Origin: an uncultured Lachnospiraceae bacterium
GTDB lineage: Bacteria > Bacillota > Clostridia > Lachnospirales > Lachnospiraceae
Length of the DNA stretch: 64,000 nt
NCBI GenBank assembly: GCA_958428365.1
Contig: CAUAFT010000012.1
Coordinates: 23,059 to 87,058, forward strand
Direction of reading: 5' to 3'
In this document: piece by piece, positions 10,129 through 22,760 of the stretch
Position numbering within the stretch: position 1 is the stretch's first letter
How the letters are laid out: each line of letters begins with the position of its first letter
Position numbers and translations under genes: made by a program
The notes under the pieces: generated by a model
What the model saw: only the letters and a program-made list of their open reading frames with translations
Database searches by the model: none
Told to the model about the DNA's origin: nothing

Positions 10129-10743
10129 TTATTCCTTTGTCAAAACTTTCTTACACCAGCCTGCCTTCCCGCAGTGGGGGCACCTCAACCATCTGGTAGT
10201 CAACATATGCATTCCCATAGAATAGGCGCCAAAGGTAGGAATAAACGCCTCCTCACAATGCCTGCATTTGTAATACCCGATCTTACACTCTCCCTGCATT
10301 GCCACATAGAGTCCTGCTGCAAAGATAACACATGCGATCAACACCAATGTGACCTTTACCGGCAGGCTCATCACCTCCGTGTAGGTGACAACCACCAGGA
10401 GCAGGGTTATAAAGGAGATCGTAGCGATCACTCCTGTGATGGCAGTAAGTATCATTTTCGTCTTATTTTCTTCTTTTTCTCTCATCATATTCACCATATT
10501 TTCCTCCGCTTTCTTACGATAATCCCTGTCAGCCACCTTTTCCCCGGAGAGAAGTTCATTGACACTGATGTCCAATGTATCGCACAGCGGAAGCAGCAAT
10601 GAAATCTCCGGGAAACCATTTCCGCACTCCCATTTGGAAACGGTCTTATCGCTGATGTCAAGGATCTCTGCCAGTTGTTTCTGAGTGTAACTTTTCTGTT
10701 TTCTCTGTTCTGCGATAAACCTTCCGGTTTTTATCTGATCCAT
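10129..10743 (-). CDS. XRE-family HTH regulator with two TM helices and a C-terminal zinc ribbon
   Basis: TQKQLAEIL...TVSKWECG HTH, two hydrophobic segments, CRHC...CPHC. Confidence 0.85.
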   Translation of the reverse strand: MDQIKTGRFIAEQRKQKSYTQKQLAEILDISDKTVSKWECGNGFPEISLLLPLCDTLDISVNELLSGEKVADRDYRKKAEENMVNMMREKEENKTKMILTAITGVIATISFITLLLVVVTYTEVMSLPVKVTLVLIACVIFAAGLYVAMQGECKIGYYKCRHCEEAFIPTFGAYSMGMHMLTTRWLRCPHCGKAGWCKKVLTKE

Positions 10744-11084
10744 GGTCTCCTCCTTTCTGATTCCATTATCCTTCCTCTAATGTGAATATGACACTCACGG
10801 AGCGTAGAATATGGTGAATTTATGCGGATTCTACGTTTCGTGGAATGGGCTGTTTTCATTTCTGCTCTTCGTATGTTCCATTTTGTATAAATTATAGCAC
10901 GGATACCCATGCAAGTCATTTCTTTTCTACTTTTATAAAATGTCATATTATTTTCAACCCCACCGCAGTTATTCCCTTGATAAATCCATGGAAAATCATA
11001 AACAGAAATGATATGATATCTGCATACGAACACGAAAAAAGCAAAATCGCAAAAGATGAACTACCCATGAACAGGAGAGAATCC

Positions 11085-12128
11085 ATGAATCTGACAATAA
11101 ACGTTTCCCCCGAAAACACACTCTTTCTTATCGCCCTTCTTCTGGTCGCCCTCTATCTGGCTGTCTTTTTACAGCTCATCCTCCACGAAGCCGGACATCT
11201 GATTTTTGGTCTTATCAGTGGATACCATTTTACTTCCTTTCGCATCGGAAATCTGATGTGGCTGAAAAAAGACGGACATCTTCAGCTAAAACGTCTCTCC
11301 CTCGCCGGGACCGGAGGTCAGTGCCTGATGTCGCCTCCGGAACTCGTAAATGGAAAGATCCCTTTTGTCCTTTACAATCTGGGGGGACCGCTTGTGAACC
11401 TGCTCCTTGGCATTCTCTCCCTTTGCCTTTACCTGCTTTTTGATCTTCCCGTCTGGCTCGATAACTGGTTTTTGATTCATACGGTTCTTGGATTTGGTTT
11501 CGCATTCATCAACGGTATTCCCATTGTTCCATTGGGTAACGACGGAAGCAATACCCTGGCTCTTTTAAAAAGCGACGGCGCCCTCTATTCTTTTTGGATT
11601 CAACTGCGGGCGAATGCCCTGTTGGCTCAGGGAACCCGCTTAAAAGATATGCCAAAGGAGTGGTTTGCCCTTCCTCCGAAAGAAGAGATGAAAAATTCCA
11701 TGTCTGCCGTAAGAGCCGTCCTCGCCTGCAACCGCCTGCTGGATATGCACAGATTTTCGGAAAGCGCAGCTCTTATGATGGAACTGCTTGAGCCCTCCAC
11801 CGGAGAAAAAACAACGATGACCGACCTCCACCGGGGACTGCTGATCTGCGATCTCATCTACTGCGAAGCGATAAATGAAAACCGTCTGGAATTTTTTAAA
11901 AAATGGTATCAATGGGATCTGCAAAAATTCATGAAGTCCATGAAGAAATTCCCTTCCGTACTGCGTACAGAATACGTCTATGCCCTTTTTGTAGAAAAAG
12001 ACCGAAAAAAAGCGGAGGATCTTCAGCTGCAGTTCCAAAGATGCATCCGCTCTTATCCTTATCCTGCCGATATCGAAAGCGAACAGGAATTGATGGAGAT
12101 CGCCTTACAAAAATTCAACAAGATGTAA
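11085..12128 (+). CDS. Site-2 protease (M50-like) membrane metalloprotease
   Basis: HEAGH zinc motif inside a TM segment, GGPLVN, NDG. Start placed at ATG 11085 behind AGGAG. Confidence 0.8.
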   Translation: MNLTINVSPENTLFLIALLLVALYLAVFLQLILHEAGHLIFGLISGYHFTSFRIGNLMWLKKDGHLQLKRLSLAGTGGQCLMSPPELVNGKIPFVLYNLGGPLVNLLLGILSLCLYLLFDLPVWLDNWFLIHTVLGFGFAFINGIPIVPLGNDGSNTLALLKSDGALYSFWIQLRANALLAQGTRLKDMPKEWFALPPKEEMKNSMSAVRAVLACNRLLDMHRFSESAALMMELLEPSTGEKTTMTDLHRGLLICDLIYCEAINENRLEFFKKWYQWDLQKFMKSMKKFPSVLRTEYVYALFVEKDRKKAEDLQLQFQRCIRSYPYPADIESEQELMEIALQKFNKM

Positions 12129-12188
12129 CCGGGATCTGATTCCTAGTATCAAATACCGCTGATAGGCGCAGGTTTCCAGCTGCACATC

Positions 12189-14010
<1,822 letters not shown>

Positions 14011-14058
14011 TTATTCCCGCGGGCAATGAGCCGGGCGCGGGTTGTTGACTTCGCTTTT

Positions 14059-14985
14059 TTATTTCTGCTTCTTGTTTTTCTGCGCCTTGGCTCCTCCGAT
14101 CACCTCGGTGATCTGCTGGGTGATCGCCGCCTGACGCACACGGTTATATTCCACGGACAGCATCTGAAGCATTTCCTTCGCACTGTCCGTTGCCGCCTGC
14201 ATCGCCATCATTCTGGAATTGTGTTCGCTGGCAAAGGACTCCACCAGAGTACTGTAGATCGCTCCTGTCACACAGTTCGGCACCAAATGCTCCAAAATTG
14301 CCTCCATGGACGGTTCTACCCGGATCTCCTCATGATACACCTCAACAGGAACTTTTGCCCCATCCTGATCCTTCATATTTGAAGGAGTCTCCAGAAAATC
14401 TTCCTTTTTTAAGGGAAGCAGCTTTAACTTCTCAGCGTTCATGGAAAATGCGTTTTCCATCTTTGTATACACAATGTAGATCTCATCCAGCTCGCCTTCA
14501 TCATAGAGCTGCATCACACAATCCGTAATGACCCTCGCCCGGTGCAGGGACGGATTTTGAACGGTATATTTGAACTCCGTGTCCACTTCCAGCCCTTCTT
14601 TTGCGAAGTACTGGCGTCCCAATTCCCCGACAACGAACAATTTGTTATTTTTTCCCTGTTTGAAAAGCTCGTGCGCCATCTTGATGACATTGTGGTTATA
14701 GGCTCCCGCCAGACCTTTATCGGCTGTGATGACGATATAGCCCCTCTTTTTCTCCTCATCAGGAATGTTTTCCTCCTGTTCAAAATAACGGCTGTGATTC
14801 TCAGGGATATGCCGCAGGAATCTGGATACCGCCATCTGTAACGAAAAGAAATAAGGTTCCGTATCCTCTAATTTCTGCTTTGCAGTTCGCAGCTTGGCGG
14901 AGGAGATCATGTACATCGCGTTGGTTATTTTCATAGTATCCTGGATGCTTTTCATCCGCTTTTGAATTTCCTTCGTGTTTGCCAT
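14059..14985 (-). CDS. atpG: F1 ATP synthase gamma subunit (operon 1)
   Basis: MANTKEI...KITNAM, DKGLAGAYN, RQAAITQQITEV. Confidence 0.96.
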   Translation of the reverse strand: MANTKEIQKRMKSIQDTMKITNAMYMISSAKLRTAKQKLEDTEPYFFSLQMAVSRFLRHIPENHSRYFEQEENIPDEEKKRGYIVITADKGLAGAYNHNVIKMAHELFKQGKNNKLFVVGELGRQYFAKEGLEVDTEFKYTVQNPSLHRARVITDCVMQLYDEGELDEIYIVYTKMENAFSMNAEKLKLLPLKKEDFLETPSNMKDQDGAKVPVEVYHEEIRVEPSMEAILEHLVPNCVTGAIYSTLVESFASEHNSRMMAMQAATDSAKEMLQMLSVEYNRVRQAAITQQITEVIGGAKAQKNKKQK

Positions 14986-14989
14986 TCCA

Positions 14990-16492
14990 TCACCTGCTTT
15001 TAAACTCTTCCACTGCTGCAATTATGGCTTCTACGGTGGGATCCTCCAACGTCTTCGTCCTCTGGATCTCATCTATGATCTCTCTATGTTCCAGCCGGAA
15101 AAAATCCAGCAGTTTTTCCTGATATTCCTTTAGCTTTGGCACTTCAGCGTCCAAAAAACATCGTTTGTTTGCAGCCGTTAATGTGATGACCTGCTCTGCC
15201 AGACTCATGGGCTGACAAAGCGGCTGTTTTAATAACTCCATCAATCCCTTTCCATAGCGGAGCTGTTCCTTTGTCGTGTCATCCAGATCCGAGCTGAACT
15301 GGGTGAACACCTCCATCTCACGGTACTGCGCCAGATCCAGACGGATCGTACCAGAAGCCTTCTTCATAGCCTTCGTCTGCGCCGCACCGCCCACACGGGA
15401 TACGGAGAGTCCCACATTCACTGCAGGTCTCATTCCCGCAAAGAACAGGTCGCTCTCTAAAAAAATCTGTCCGTCCGTGATGGAAATGACATTGGTTGGT
15501 ATGTAAGCCGACACATCTCCCGCCTGGGTCTCGATGATCGGCAGCGCTGTGATGGAACCGCCGCCCAGCTCCTCACTTAATTTACTGGAGCGCTCCAACA
15601 GTCTGGAATGTAAGTAGAATACGTCTCCCGGATACGCCTCACGTCCCGGAGAACGCTCCAGCAGCAGGGACAGCGCACGGTAAGCCACTGCGTGCTTGGA
15701 CAGATCATCGTATACGATCAAAACATCTTTTCCCTGATACATGAAGTATTCTGCAAGGGCAGTTCCCGCATAAGGGGCGATATACTGCAATGACGCGGAA
15801 TCGCTGGCGGTGGCGCAAAGCACGATGGAATAGCTCATGGCTCCATGTTTTTCCAGCGTATTTACCAGCTTTGCTACCGTGGACGCCTTCTGTCCGATGG
15901 CGACATAGATACAGATCGTATCCTTGCCTTTTTGGTTTAAGATGGTATCAATGGCTATGGAAGTCTTTCCCGTCTGCCTGTCTCCGATGATCAGCTCTCT
16001 CTGCCCTCTGCCGATGGGAAACATGCTGTCTATGGCAAGAATGCCCGTCTCCATAGGTTGTTTGACAGACTGCCTCTCCACAATACCCGGCGCTTCCTGC
16101 TCCAAAGCCCGATAATCCTCCGCCTTGATCTCTCCCTTTCCGTCAATGGGCGCTCCCAGAGCATTGATGATTCTTCCAAGATAGCCCTCTCCCACGGGAA
16201 CGCCAGCTTTTTTCTTTGTTCTGGTTACCCTGGTTCCCTCCTTGATACCGGTATCTTTTCCAAGGATGATACATCCGATCTGATCTCTTCGGATATCCTG
16301 TACCATTCCCCTGATCCCGTTTTCAAAAAGAACCACCTCTCCATACATGGCATGTTCTATTCCATAGATGGTGGCGATCCCGTCTCCTACCCAGACAACG
16401 GAGCCCACCTCCTGCTCTTTGTTTACCATGTCATAGTGTTCTATCTCATCTCTTAAGATGGATATGATTTCCTCCGAGCTTATGAAACTCAC
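14990..16492 (-). CDS. atpA: F1 ATP synthase alpha subunit (operon 1)
   Basis: [28 protein letters not shown]. Confidence 0.98.
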   Translation of the reverse strand: MSFISSEEIISILRDEIEHYDMVNKEQEVGSVVWVGDGIATIYGIEHAMYGEVVLFENGIRGMVQDIRRDQIGCIILGKDTGIKEGTRVTRTKKKAGVPVGEGYLGRIINALGAPIDGKGEIKAEDYRALEQEAPGIVERQSVKQPMETGILAIDSMFPIGRGQRELIIGDRQTGKTSIAIDTILNQKGKDTICIYVAIGQKASTVAKLVNTLEKHGAMSYSIVLCATASDSASLQYIAPYAGTALAEYFMYQGKDVLIVYDDLSKHAVAYRALSLLLERSPGREAYPGDVFYLHSRLLERSSKLSEELGGGSITALPIIETQAGDVSAYIPTNVISITDGQIFLESDLFFAGMRPAVNVGLSVSRVGGAAQTKAMKKASGTIRLDLAQYREMEVFTQFSSDLDDTTKEQLRYGKGLMELLKQPLCQPMSLAEQVITLTAANKRCFLDAEVPKLKEYQEKLLDFFRLEHREIIDEIQRTKTLEDPTVEAIIAAVEEFKSR

Positions 16493-16496
16493 ACCA

Positions 16497-17009
16497 TCAC
16501 CTCCAAATCAAACTTTGTTCTAACTTTTTCAGACGCCCTTCCATGCTCCAGTCCTCTTCCATATCTTTAACACGGAGAACAAATCCGCCCAGCAGTTCCT
16601 TTCTCTCTTCCAGTTCCAGCCGAACTTCCCTGGCTCCATATTTTTTCTTAAGATACTCTTCCATCTCTTTTTGCTGTTGTTCAGTTGGAGGCAGGACATA
16701 ATACAGATGAGCATGTAAGATCTGATTCTGGATCTCATAATAGAACTCATACGCCTGGAAAATATCTTCCAGCAGGTCGATGCTCTGATAGTCGCAGAGC
16801 ACTTTCAGGAAATTCTGTACTTCTTTTGGAAAAATCCTCTCGATCAGCCGGTGTTTTTCTGTAGAAGTGACAAGGGGACTGAGCAGCGCCTGCTGCAGCT
16901 TCTGCGTCAGAAAAAAGATGTTTTTTGTCTCATCCACAATGTCCCTGGAAACCCCCATCTCATAGAGGACGATTCCATAATTACCTGCTGCCTGCGTCAT
17001 TCCATTCAC
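16497..17009 (-). CDS. atpH: F1 ATP synthase delta subunit (operon 1)
   Basis: Operon position and C-terminal LLGGFVLRV...DWS. Confidence 0.88.
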   Translation of the reverse strand: MNGMTQAAGNYGIVLYEMGVSRDIVDETKNIFFLTQKLQQALLSPLVTSTEKHRLIERIFPKEVQNFLKVLCDYQSIDLLEDIFQAYEFYYEIQNQILHAHLYYVLPPTEQQQKEMEEYLKKKYGAREVRLELEERKELLGGFVLRVKDMEEDWSMEGRLKKLEQSLIWR

Positions 17010-17487
17010 CTGCTTTTTCTAAAAACTGTTCATACATGAAACGGCTGTTTTCTTCCATCTGATTCTCTCCTATTACTTTTCCTGCAACGGCGAGTGCAAG
17101 TCCTGCAATCTGTGACTGCAACTCCTGCATGGTCTTCTCCCGCTCCAATTCGATCCTTCGCTGCGCCTGCTCTAAGATTTCTTCTGCTTTTTCCTCGGCT
17201 GTCTCTACTTTTTTATCATATTCAAGCTGTGCCGTTTTTCTCGCCTCATCGATGATCTGGGCGGACTCTTCATGCGCCTGTTCCAGAATCTCTTCATACT
17301 GTTTTTTTCTGGCATCTGCCTCTTCCTGTTTTTGCTTCGCGTCGGCTAACTCCGATCTTATGATGTCCTTGCGCTGCTGCATGATTGCAGTTACCGGGCC
17401 AATCAAAAACTTTTTTAATAGTAAATAGAGAACAATCAGGTTGATGATGGTAAAGACGATGTTCCAATCTAACCTTAATAACTGCAT
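16981..17487 (-). CDS. atpF: Fo subunit b (operon 1)
   Basis: N-terminal TM (IINLIVLYLLLKKFLIGPV) followed by coiled coil. Confidence 0.92.
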   Translation of the reverse strand: MQLLRLDWNIVFTIINLIVLYLLLKKFLIGPVTAIMQQRKDIIRSELADAKQKQEEADARKKQYEEILEQAHEESAQIIDEARKTAQLEYDKKVETAEEKAEEILEQAQRRIELEREKTMQELQSQIAGLALAVAGKVIGENQMEENSRFMYEQFLEKAGEWNDAGSR

Positions 17488-17507
17488 TTTCTGTCAAGTC
17501 CTTTCCC

Positions 17508-17732
17508 TTAACCTAAGAATAAGATAATGAGGATGGCAACTACCATACCGAAGATTGCCGTACCTTCTGCCAGGGCACATCCTAACAGAAGTGCCTTGGT
17601 GATCTTACCCTCTGCCTCCGGCTGTCTTGCGATGGCGTCGGTGGCCTTGGATGTTGCGATGCCGATTCCGATTCCTGCTCCGATTCCTGTTACTGCTGCG
17701 AGACCTGCTCCGATTGCGATTAATGATGTCAT
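17508..17732 (-). CDS. atpE: Fo subunit c (operon 1), H+-type signature
   Basis: GxGxGxG, RQPE loop, ALAEGTAIF; lacks the Na+ ligands (P-x3-Q, E-S/T, Y). Confidence 0.95.
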   Translation of the reverse strand: MTSLIAIGAGLAAVTGIGAGIGIGIATSKATDAIARQPEAEGKITKALLLGCALAEGTAIFGMVVAILIILFLG

Positions 17733-17762
17733 AATGAAACACTCCTTTTTTATTTTGCTGTT

Positions 17763-18425
17763 TTATTCTATGGATTCTTTGATAAACAAAGAGGTTAAAA
17801 ATACAAATACATATGCCTGTATGAACCCGTCAAAAAGATCAAAGTAAAAACTGAAGGGAATGGGTACCAGAAGCGGCGCCACAATTTTTATCAGTTCCAT
17901 GATCACGAAAGCTCCGAGGATATTTCCAAAAAGACGCATACACAACGATAATGGCCGAATGAAAATCTCTAAAATGTTCATCGGCAGCATGATCGGTATT
18001 GGTTCTGCAAAGCTCTTTAAAAAACCTTTCGCCCCCTTCTTATGTACTCCGGAATACTCGATCAGTATGATACTCATGAGCGCCAGCGCTCCGGTAACGC
18101 CCACATCTTTTGTCGGTGACTTCATGCCCAGCAGTCCGATCATGTTGGAAAATGCGATATAGAGTCCCACGGTCATCAGATATGGAATATATCTTTTCCC
18201 CTCTTCCCCCAGCAGATCATAAAAGAACTGATGAAGCGACCCTATCACGGTCTCCAACGCAAGCTGCTTTTTTCCAACCTGTTCCACTTGAAGATTACGG
18301 ACCAGGAGGATGGAAGCTATGACCAGTACCGCCATGATGAACCAGGTGACAACAACGGATTCCGCTACCGGGATCCCTCCCAATATTGGAATGGTAAACG
18401 CTGTCTCACAGTTCAATTCTTCCAT
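17763..18425 (-). CDS. atpB: Fo subunit a (operon 1); may start at ACG 18449
   Basis: RPLSLCMRLFGNI with the essential Arg, FIQAYVF. Confidence 0.93.
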   Translation of the reverse strand: MEELNCETAFTIPILGGIPVAESVVVTWFIMAVLVIASILLVRNLQVEQVGKKQLALETVIGSLHQFFYDLLGEEGKRYIPYLMTVGLYIAFSNMIGLLGMKSPTKDVGVTGALALMSIILIEYSGVHKKGAKGFLKSFAEPIPIMLPMNILEIFIRPLSLCMRLFGNILGAFVIMELIKIVAPLLVPIPFSFYFDLFDGFIQAYVFVFLTSLFIKESIE

Positions 18426-18725
18426 GAGTGCCTTAGATAATTCCTCCGTATTACCACTTCCTTTTTTATGAAATTTATGTGTGTTGTTGAAATGTTGACT
18501 GTATTCTATTTAACTTTATGTTCAATGTCAATTTGCATGAACGCTTTTCCATTTTTTCCAGAAATTGTATGAATTACACAAGTTTTATTGATATTTTCGT
18601 TTTATTTTCGTGCTTTTTGAACGATTTTTTCAAAACCTTTACGGCGTCTTAACATCGAGTAGAAAACCCGCACGAAATGGATTTGGATGGAAAAATATTT
18701 TTTCTACTTAATTTTTTGCATAATG

Positions 18726-18752
18726 AAAGGACTGTGCAGAGTGCACAGTCCT
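18726..18752 (-). terminator. Hairpin terminator after the Ig-domain gene
   Basis: AGGACTGTGCA-gag-TGCACAGTCCT stem. Confidence 0.55.
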
Positions 18753-18809
18753 GTGGTTTTACCTTAAAGTTAAATTTTTTTACCTTGAATTGTCTTACGT
18801 TTCCTATGA

Positions 18810-19646
18810 TTATATGTCTGTAACCTGAATTAATTTGTTCTGTATGAGACGATAACTCTGAATTCCTCTGATATCTTTCTTATTAGGCTCTATAAAATAC
18901 TGCTGGTAACTCATATCGCCTGTCTCATTCGCTCCCTTAGGCAATATTTCCGAAACATAGAGATTGCCGCAGACCTTTCCTTTTTTATTCTGGCTGAGCT
19001 TAAAATCACCGATTTCTATTCTCCGGCTGCTGCTTGCAGTACTTCCCTCTATCACAATCAGAACCTTAGATTCAAAATAGGATTCTTTGTACTTGTTCAG
19101 CTTCTTTCCCAAAGCGCTTTTCTGGAAATACGCCTTTGTTCCGGGACTGTTGTATTTTTTATATTGTTTCTGCATGTCCTTTTTAAAGGTGGTAAGCTCT
19201 TTGTAAGATGTAATCACTCTGTATGTTTTTCCTGAAGATTTCAGATAAGGGTTGGAGGATGAAGTATAGGATTTCTTTGCCTTGATCGTTTTCGCCTTAT
19301 ACTTCAAAACTTTGACTTTACAGGAAGCCTTCACTGTCTTGTCCTTTTTAGAAACTGCCGTGATGGTGGCTGTTCCGGCTTTTATGCCTGTTACCTTACC
19401 GGATTTTGTAACCCTGGCTACTTTTTTATTGGAGCTGGACCATCTTACATCTGTGGATGCTCCCTTCGGGACTGTCTTTTTTACCTTTAAGGTGATACTC
19501 TGATCTGTGTAGATGGTCTGATTTTTACTGGATAAGATGATCTGCTTTGGTGTTTCACCTTTGGCTTGTACTGTGTATGATGGGTAGATACCGAGAATCA
19601 GACTGAGTATCAGTAAGATCGCCAATCCGTATTTTTTCTGTTTCAT
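18810..19646 (-). CDS. Secreted Ig-like (Big_2) domain protein with a possible PrcB-like C-terminal domain
   Basis: Signal peptide, VRWSSSNKKVARVTKSGKVTGIKAGTATITA; directly downstream of the subtilase. Confidence 0.75.
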   Translation of the reverse strand: MKQKKYGLAILLILSLILGIYPSYTVQAKGETPKQIILSSKNQTIYTDQSITLKVKKTVPKGASTDVRWSSSNKKVARVTKSGKVTGIKAGTATITAVSKKDKTVKASCKVKVLKYKAKTIKAKKSYTSSSNPYLKSSGKTYRVITSYKELTTFKKDMQKQYKKYNSPGTKAYFQKSALGKKLNKYKESYFESKVLIVIEGSTASSSRRIEIGDFKLSQNKKGKVCGNLYVSEILPKGANETGDMSYQQYFIEPNKKDIRGIQSYRLIQNKLIQVTDI

Positions 19647-19660
19647 ATGATGCTTCCTCC

Positions 19661-21580
19661 TTATTTGCTTTTTCCAGATCTTATGCTGGAGTATTTACAA
19701 TACTTATTTTCATTTCCATATTTCATGTAGCCGCGCACCTTATAATAGTATGTCTTCCCAGATTTTAACCCCGTATCGGTGTAGGAACATGTATATTTAT
19801 CCTTAACTGTTTTTATCTTTTCATAAGTTCCATCTTTACTTGTAGCCCTATACAAAACATATCCTTCAGAATCTGAATCTCCTCCCCATTTTATTTTCAA
19901 ACTCCCCTTTTTGTCAGGTACGGAAACACTTGCTACTTCTTTTTTATCTTTAAAAGACAGATATTTTGCTTCCTGGATAGAAAGTCCGCTGTTAATTAGC
20001 CCACTTCCCATCTTATTTAAACCTATATCTTTTGCTTTATTTTTTATAATGTTTTCTACCTGAGATGCTGAAAGATCACAATTATATGACCTCATTACTG
20101 CTATTGTACCACTCACGATTGGAGCTGAAAAGGATGTTCCATTTACCGCCTGATATGTACTTCCTGTTTTACAAGTATAGATAGAAACACCTGGCGCAGA
20201 TATATCTACATCACTTCCATAGTTTGAGAAACTTGCCTTTTTATTATCCTCCGTAGTTGCCGCTGCCGAAATAACATATTTATAAGAAGAGGGATAATGC
20301 TTTGTACTTTTATTGTCATTTCCAGCCGAAGCTACCACTACAACATCTGCCTGATGCGCATATGCTATCGCAGCCTCATACGCTTCTGAATAGGAATAGG
20401 ATCCTGAGCTGATATTTATGACGTCCGCACCATTATCCACAGCGTAATAAATTCCTCGTATCAATGCACTATGACTCAGTGTTTTTGGTTCAGTTGCACA
20501 TTTAATTGCCATAATTCTTACCATACATGCGTCTGCTCCTGACCCTACACCTGCGATTCCTTTTGCATTATCCGCTTCTGCAGCAATTACTCCTGTCACC
20601 TCTGTACCATGATCTGAAGTATATTGTTTTGATAATGTCGTTAATTTAGGGTTTCCAGATACAGTAGTATCTACACTTCTGGACTTCAAATACATATTTT
20701 TTAAGTCCGGATGATTCATCTGGCAACCTGTATCCAAAACAGCAACATACGTCTCACGAAAACCAAAATCCCGAACAGCGTTCCAACCACTCTCTACATT
20801 AATATTATTTAAATAATATTGCTTTCCACTATAAGTGTCATTAGTGATACATTCTCCGTCAATCTCTTCTTTATAATCAGGCTCTACATATTTAACATTC
20901 GCATAACTGCTGTATTCAGCAATTGCCTGCTCAACGGTTTGACCATTAGAAATATCAATTACTGACATTACATCTTTTTTCTGGTTCGCAACTTTTCTTA
21001 TCTGCTCTTTTTTATAATTCTTTAATCCACTTAAGTCTACTTTATTCTCATTGAACATTTCTATTTCACCAAACAATTCGGCTGCTACTTTTCTAATATA
21101 GCTTTTTGAAGTGTCTGGTTCAAATCCAACAATTACTCTTTCCACATCATAATCCAAATGATCTGATTTTTTTCTTTCGTCCTGCGCTTCCTTATAATTT
21201 TTGATAATTTTTTCTGCTCTGGAATCTATATGATTTGTAAGATTCTTCAAATTGACTTTGTCTCCATTATTATAATACTCTTCCAATACATTTTTTAAAG
21301 TATACTCATACAGATCTTTTTCCTCGATCGCATTAATTAATTTTGCTGCCGTTGATCCACTTCGCCTGGATTGCTTTATTATATCAACTGTCCGACTCAT
21401 GTCTTCTTTAGAAAACGGATTTTCCTCTGGTACAATACGATAATCCTGGCTCTCCGGATCGATATTTTTCTGAGTTTCTGACGCATCAACTTGCAGTACC
21501 CCAGTGAAAGCAGTATTTGTAATCACTAACGTACCTAATAATATACAGATACCCTTTCTTAACAAATTCTTCCCTTTCAT
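19661..21580 (-). CDS. Secreted S8 subtilisin-like serine protease with prodomain and C-terminal FN3-like domain
   Basis: Catalytic triad motifs VLDTG, HGTEVTG, GTSFSAP; oxyanion SAGND; C-terminal YTDTGLKSGKTYYYKVRGY. Confidence 0.92.
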   Translation of the reverse strand: MKGKNLLRKGICILLGTLVITNTAFTGVLQVDASETQKNIDPESQDYRIVPEENPFSKEDMSRTVDIIKQSRRSGSTAAKLINAIEEKDLYEYTLKNVLEEYYNNGDKVNLKNLTNHIDSRAEKIIKNYKEAQDERKKSDHLDYDVERVIVGFEPDTSKSYIRKVAAELFGEIEMFNENKVDLSGLKNYKKEQIRKVANQKKDVMSVIDISNGQTVEQAIAEYSSYANVKYVEPDYKEEIDGECITNDTYSGKQYYLNNINVESGWNAVRDFGFRETYVAVLDTGCQMNHPDLKNMYLKSRSVDTTVSGNPKLTTLSKQYTSDHGTEVTGVIAAEADNAKGIAGVGSGADACMVRIMAIKCATEPKTLSHSALIRGIYYAVDNGADVINISSGSYSYSEAYEAAIAYAHQADVVVVASAGNDNKSTKHYPSSYKYVISAAATTEDNKKASFSNYGSDVDISAPGVSIYTCKTGSTYQAVNGTSFSAPIVSGTIAVMRSYNCDLSASQVENIIKNKAKDIGLNKMGSGLINSGLSIQEAKYLSFKDKKEVASVSVPDKKGSLKIKWGGDSDSEGYVLYRATSKDGTYEKIKTVKDKYTCSYTDTGLKSGKTYYYKVRGYMKYGNENKYCKYSSIRSGKSK

Positions 21581-21671
21581 AATTTCTCCATTCTTTTACA
21601 ATCTAAACTTAAAAACCTACATAGTTCCCCAATACAATATTCTACCCTCCTTTTCTCCTGACTTAACTATC

Positions 21672-21748
21672 AGTATAAGCCAATCAGACACACAACTCTA
21701 TTTTCATGTTACAAACTGTAGGTTTTTTGTCATAAATTGTAGGTTTTT
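21672..21748 (-). promoter_or_regulatory. LytTR-type direct-repeat operator plus -10 element for the subtilase operon
   Basis: AAAAACCTACA occurs twice with a 21-bp period (21748-21738 and 21727-21717), followed by TATACT at 21677-21672. A LytTR regulator gene is adjacent. Confidence 0.7.
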
Positions 21749-21766
21749 GCAAAAGAACTCCCTGTC

Positions 21767-22474
21767 TTAAATGATTATTGTATTTTTTCTGATATATTCT
21801 AAGTATGCTTTTTTTACCTTTCGACACATACCTCTCGCAACTTTTACCCGATAGCCTCCTTCTATCTCAACATATTTCTCTGTTATCCTGGTAACATATT
21901 TTAAATGAATCAGCGCAGAACGATGTACCCTGATAAATCCCATTTCCTTTAATTCTTCCTCGCATTGTTTTAAGGATACTCTTAGTAATAAATCTTCTCC
22001 GTCGGCAATAACATTCACATATCCCCCATCTGCCTGTAGATAGCGGATCTCATTTATACTAATTCCATTCCCGCCTATTTTCCATGTAATATGTTCTCTC
22101 TCGATATCTCTGCATACATATTCCAGAACTTCCGGTATTTTCTTTTCGGCGTCACCTTTATTTATAAAACCAAAAACATTTTTTCCAAAGGCTTCTCTCA
22201 TACATTCTTCATGAAATGACAAAAATATGATTCGAACGGATTCAGCCCGAAACACAAGCTGATTTTTTACATCTATTCCGGACATCTCACCCATTTCTAT
22301 ATCTAAAAAAAGAACATCCCACGATAATGACTCTACCTTCAGGAGTTCTTCCCCACATGAAAAAAGCTCTATCCGGTAATCTTCCTGTTTTATCGCAAAA
22401 TATTCTTCGCACAGATTCTTAACTTTTTCTGCAAATATTTGATTGTCCTCACACACCGCTACACTAATACTCAT
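21767..22474 (-). CDS. LytTR-family response regulator (no adjacent kinase)
   Basis: Receiver (CEDN, FLDIEM) plus LytTR domain (FIRVHRSALIHL). Confidence 0.92.
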   Translation of the reverse strand: MSISVAVCEDNQIFAEKVKNLCEEYFAIKQEDYRIELFSCGEELLKVESLSWDVLFLDIEMGEMSGIDVKNQLVFRAESVRIIFLSFHEECMREAFGKNVFGFINKGDAEKKIPEVLEYVCRDIEREHITWKIGGNGISINEIRYLQADGGYVNVIADGEDLLLRVSLKQCEEELKEMGFIRVHRSALIHLKYVTRITEKYVEIEGGYRVKVARGMCRKVKKAYLEYIRKNTIII

Positions 22475-22760
22475 TTTCAAACCCCTCCTGATTTTAACCA
22501 TTCTTCTCTCACATAAATGTCTTTATAGGTTTAAAAGATACCTGATCCTCTTATAATCCCATCTTTTCTTTAAAAATAATACCACACATACCTCATCATT
22601 ACCACTATAAAACCATTCTTCCTTGACAATCCTGTTCTTCCCTTTAAAATAAGATTTAAACCAGAATTTCTCCTGTTACAACTTGGAAATATTTCATTGC
22701 TATGATGAACATGTAACAGAGATCTTATCTACATAATCCATTTTACAACAAACAGGAGGA

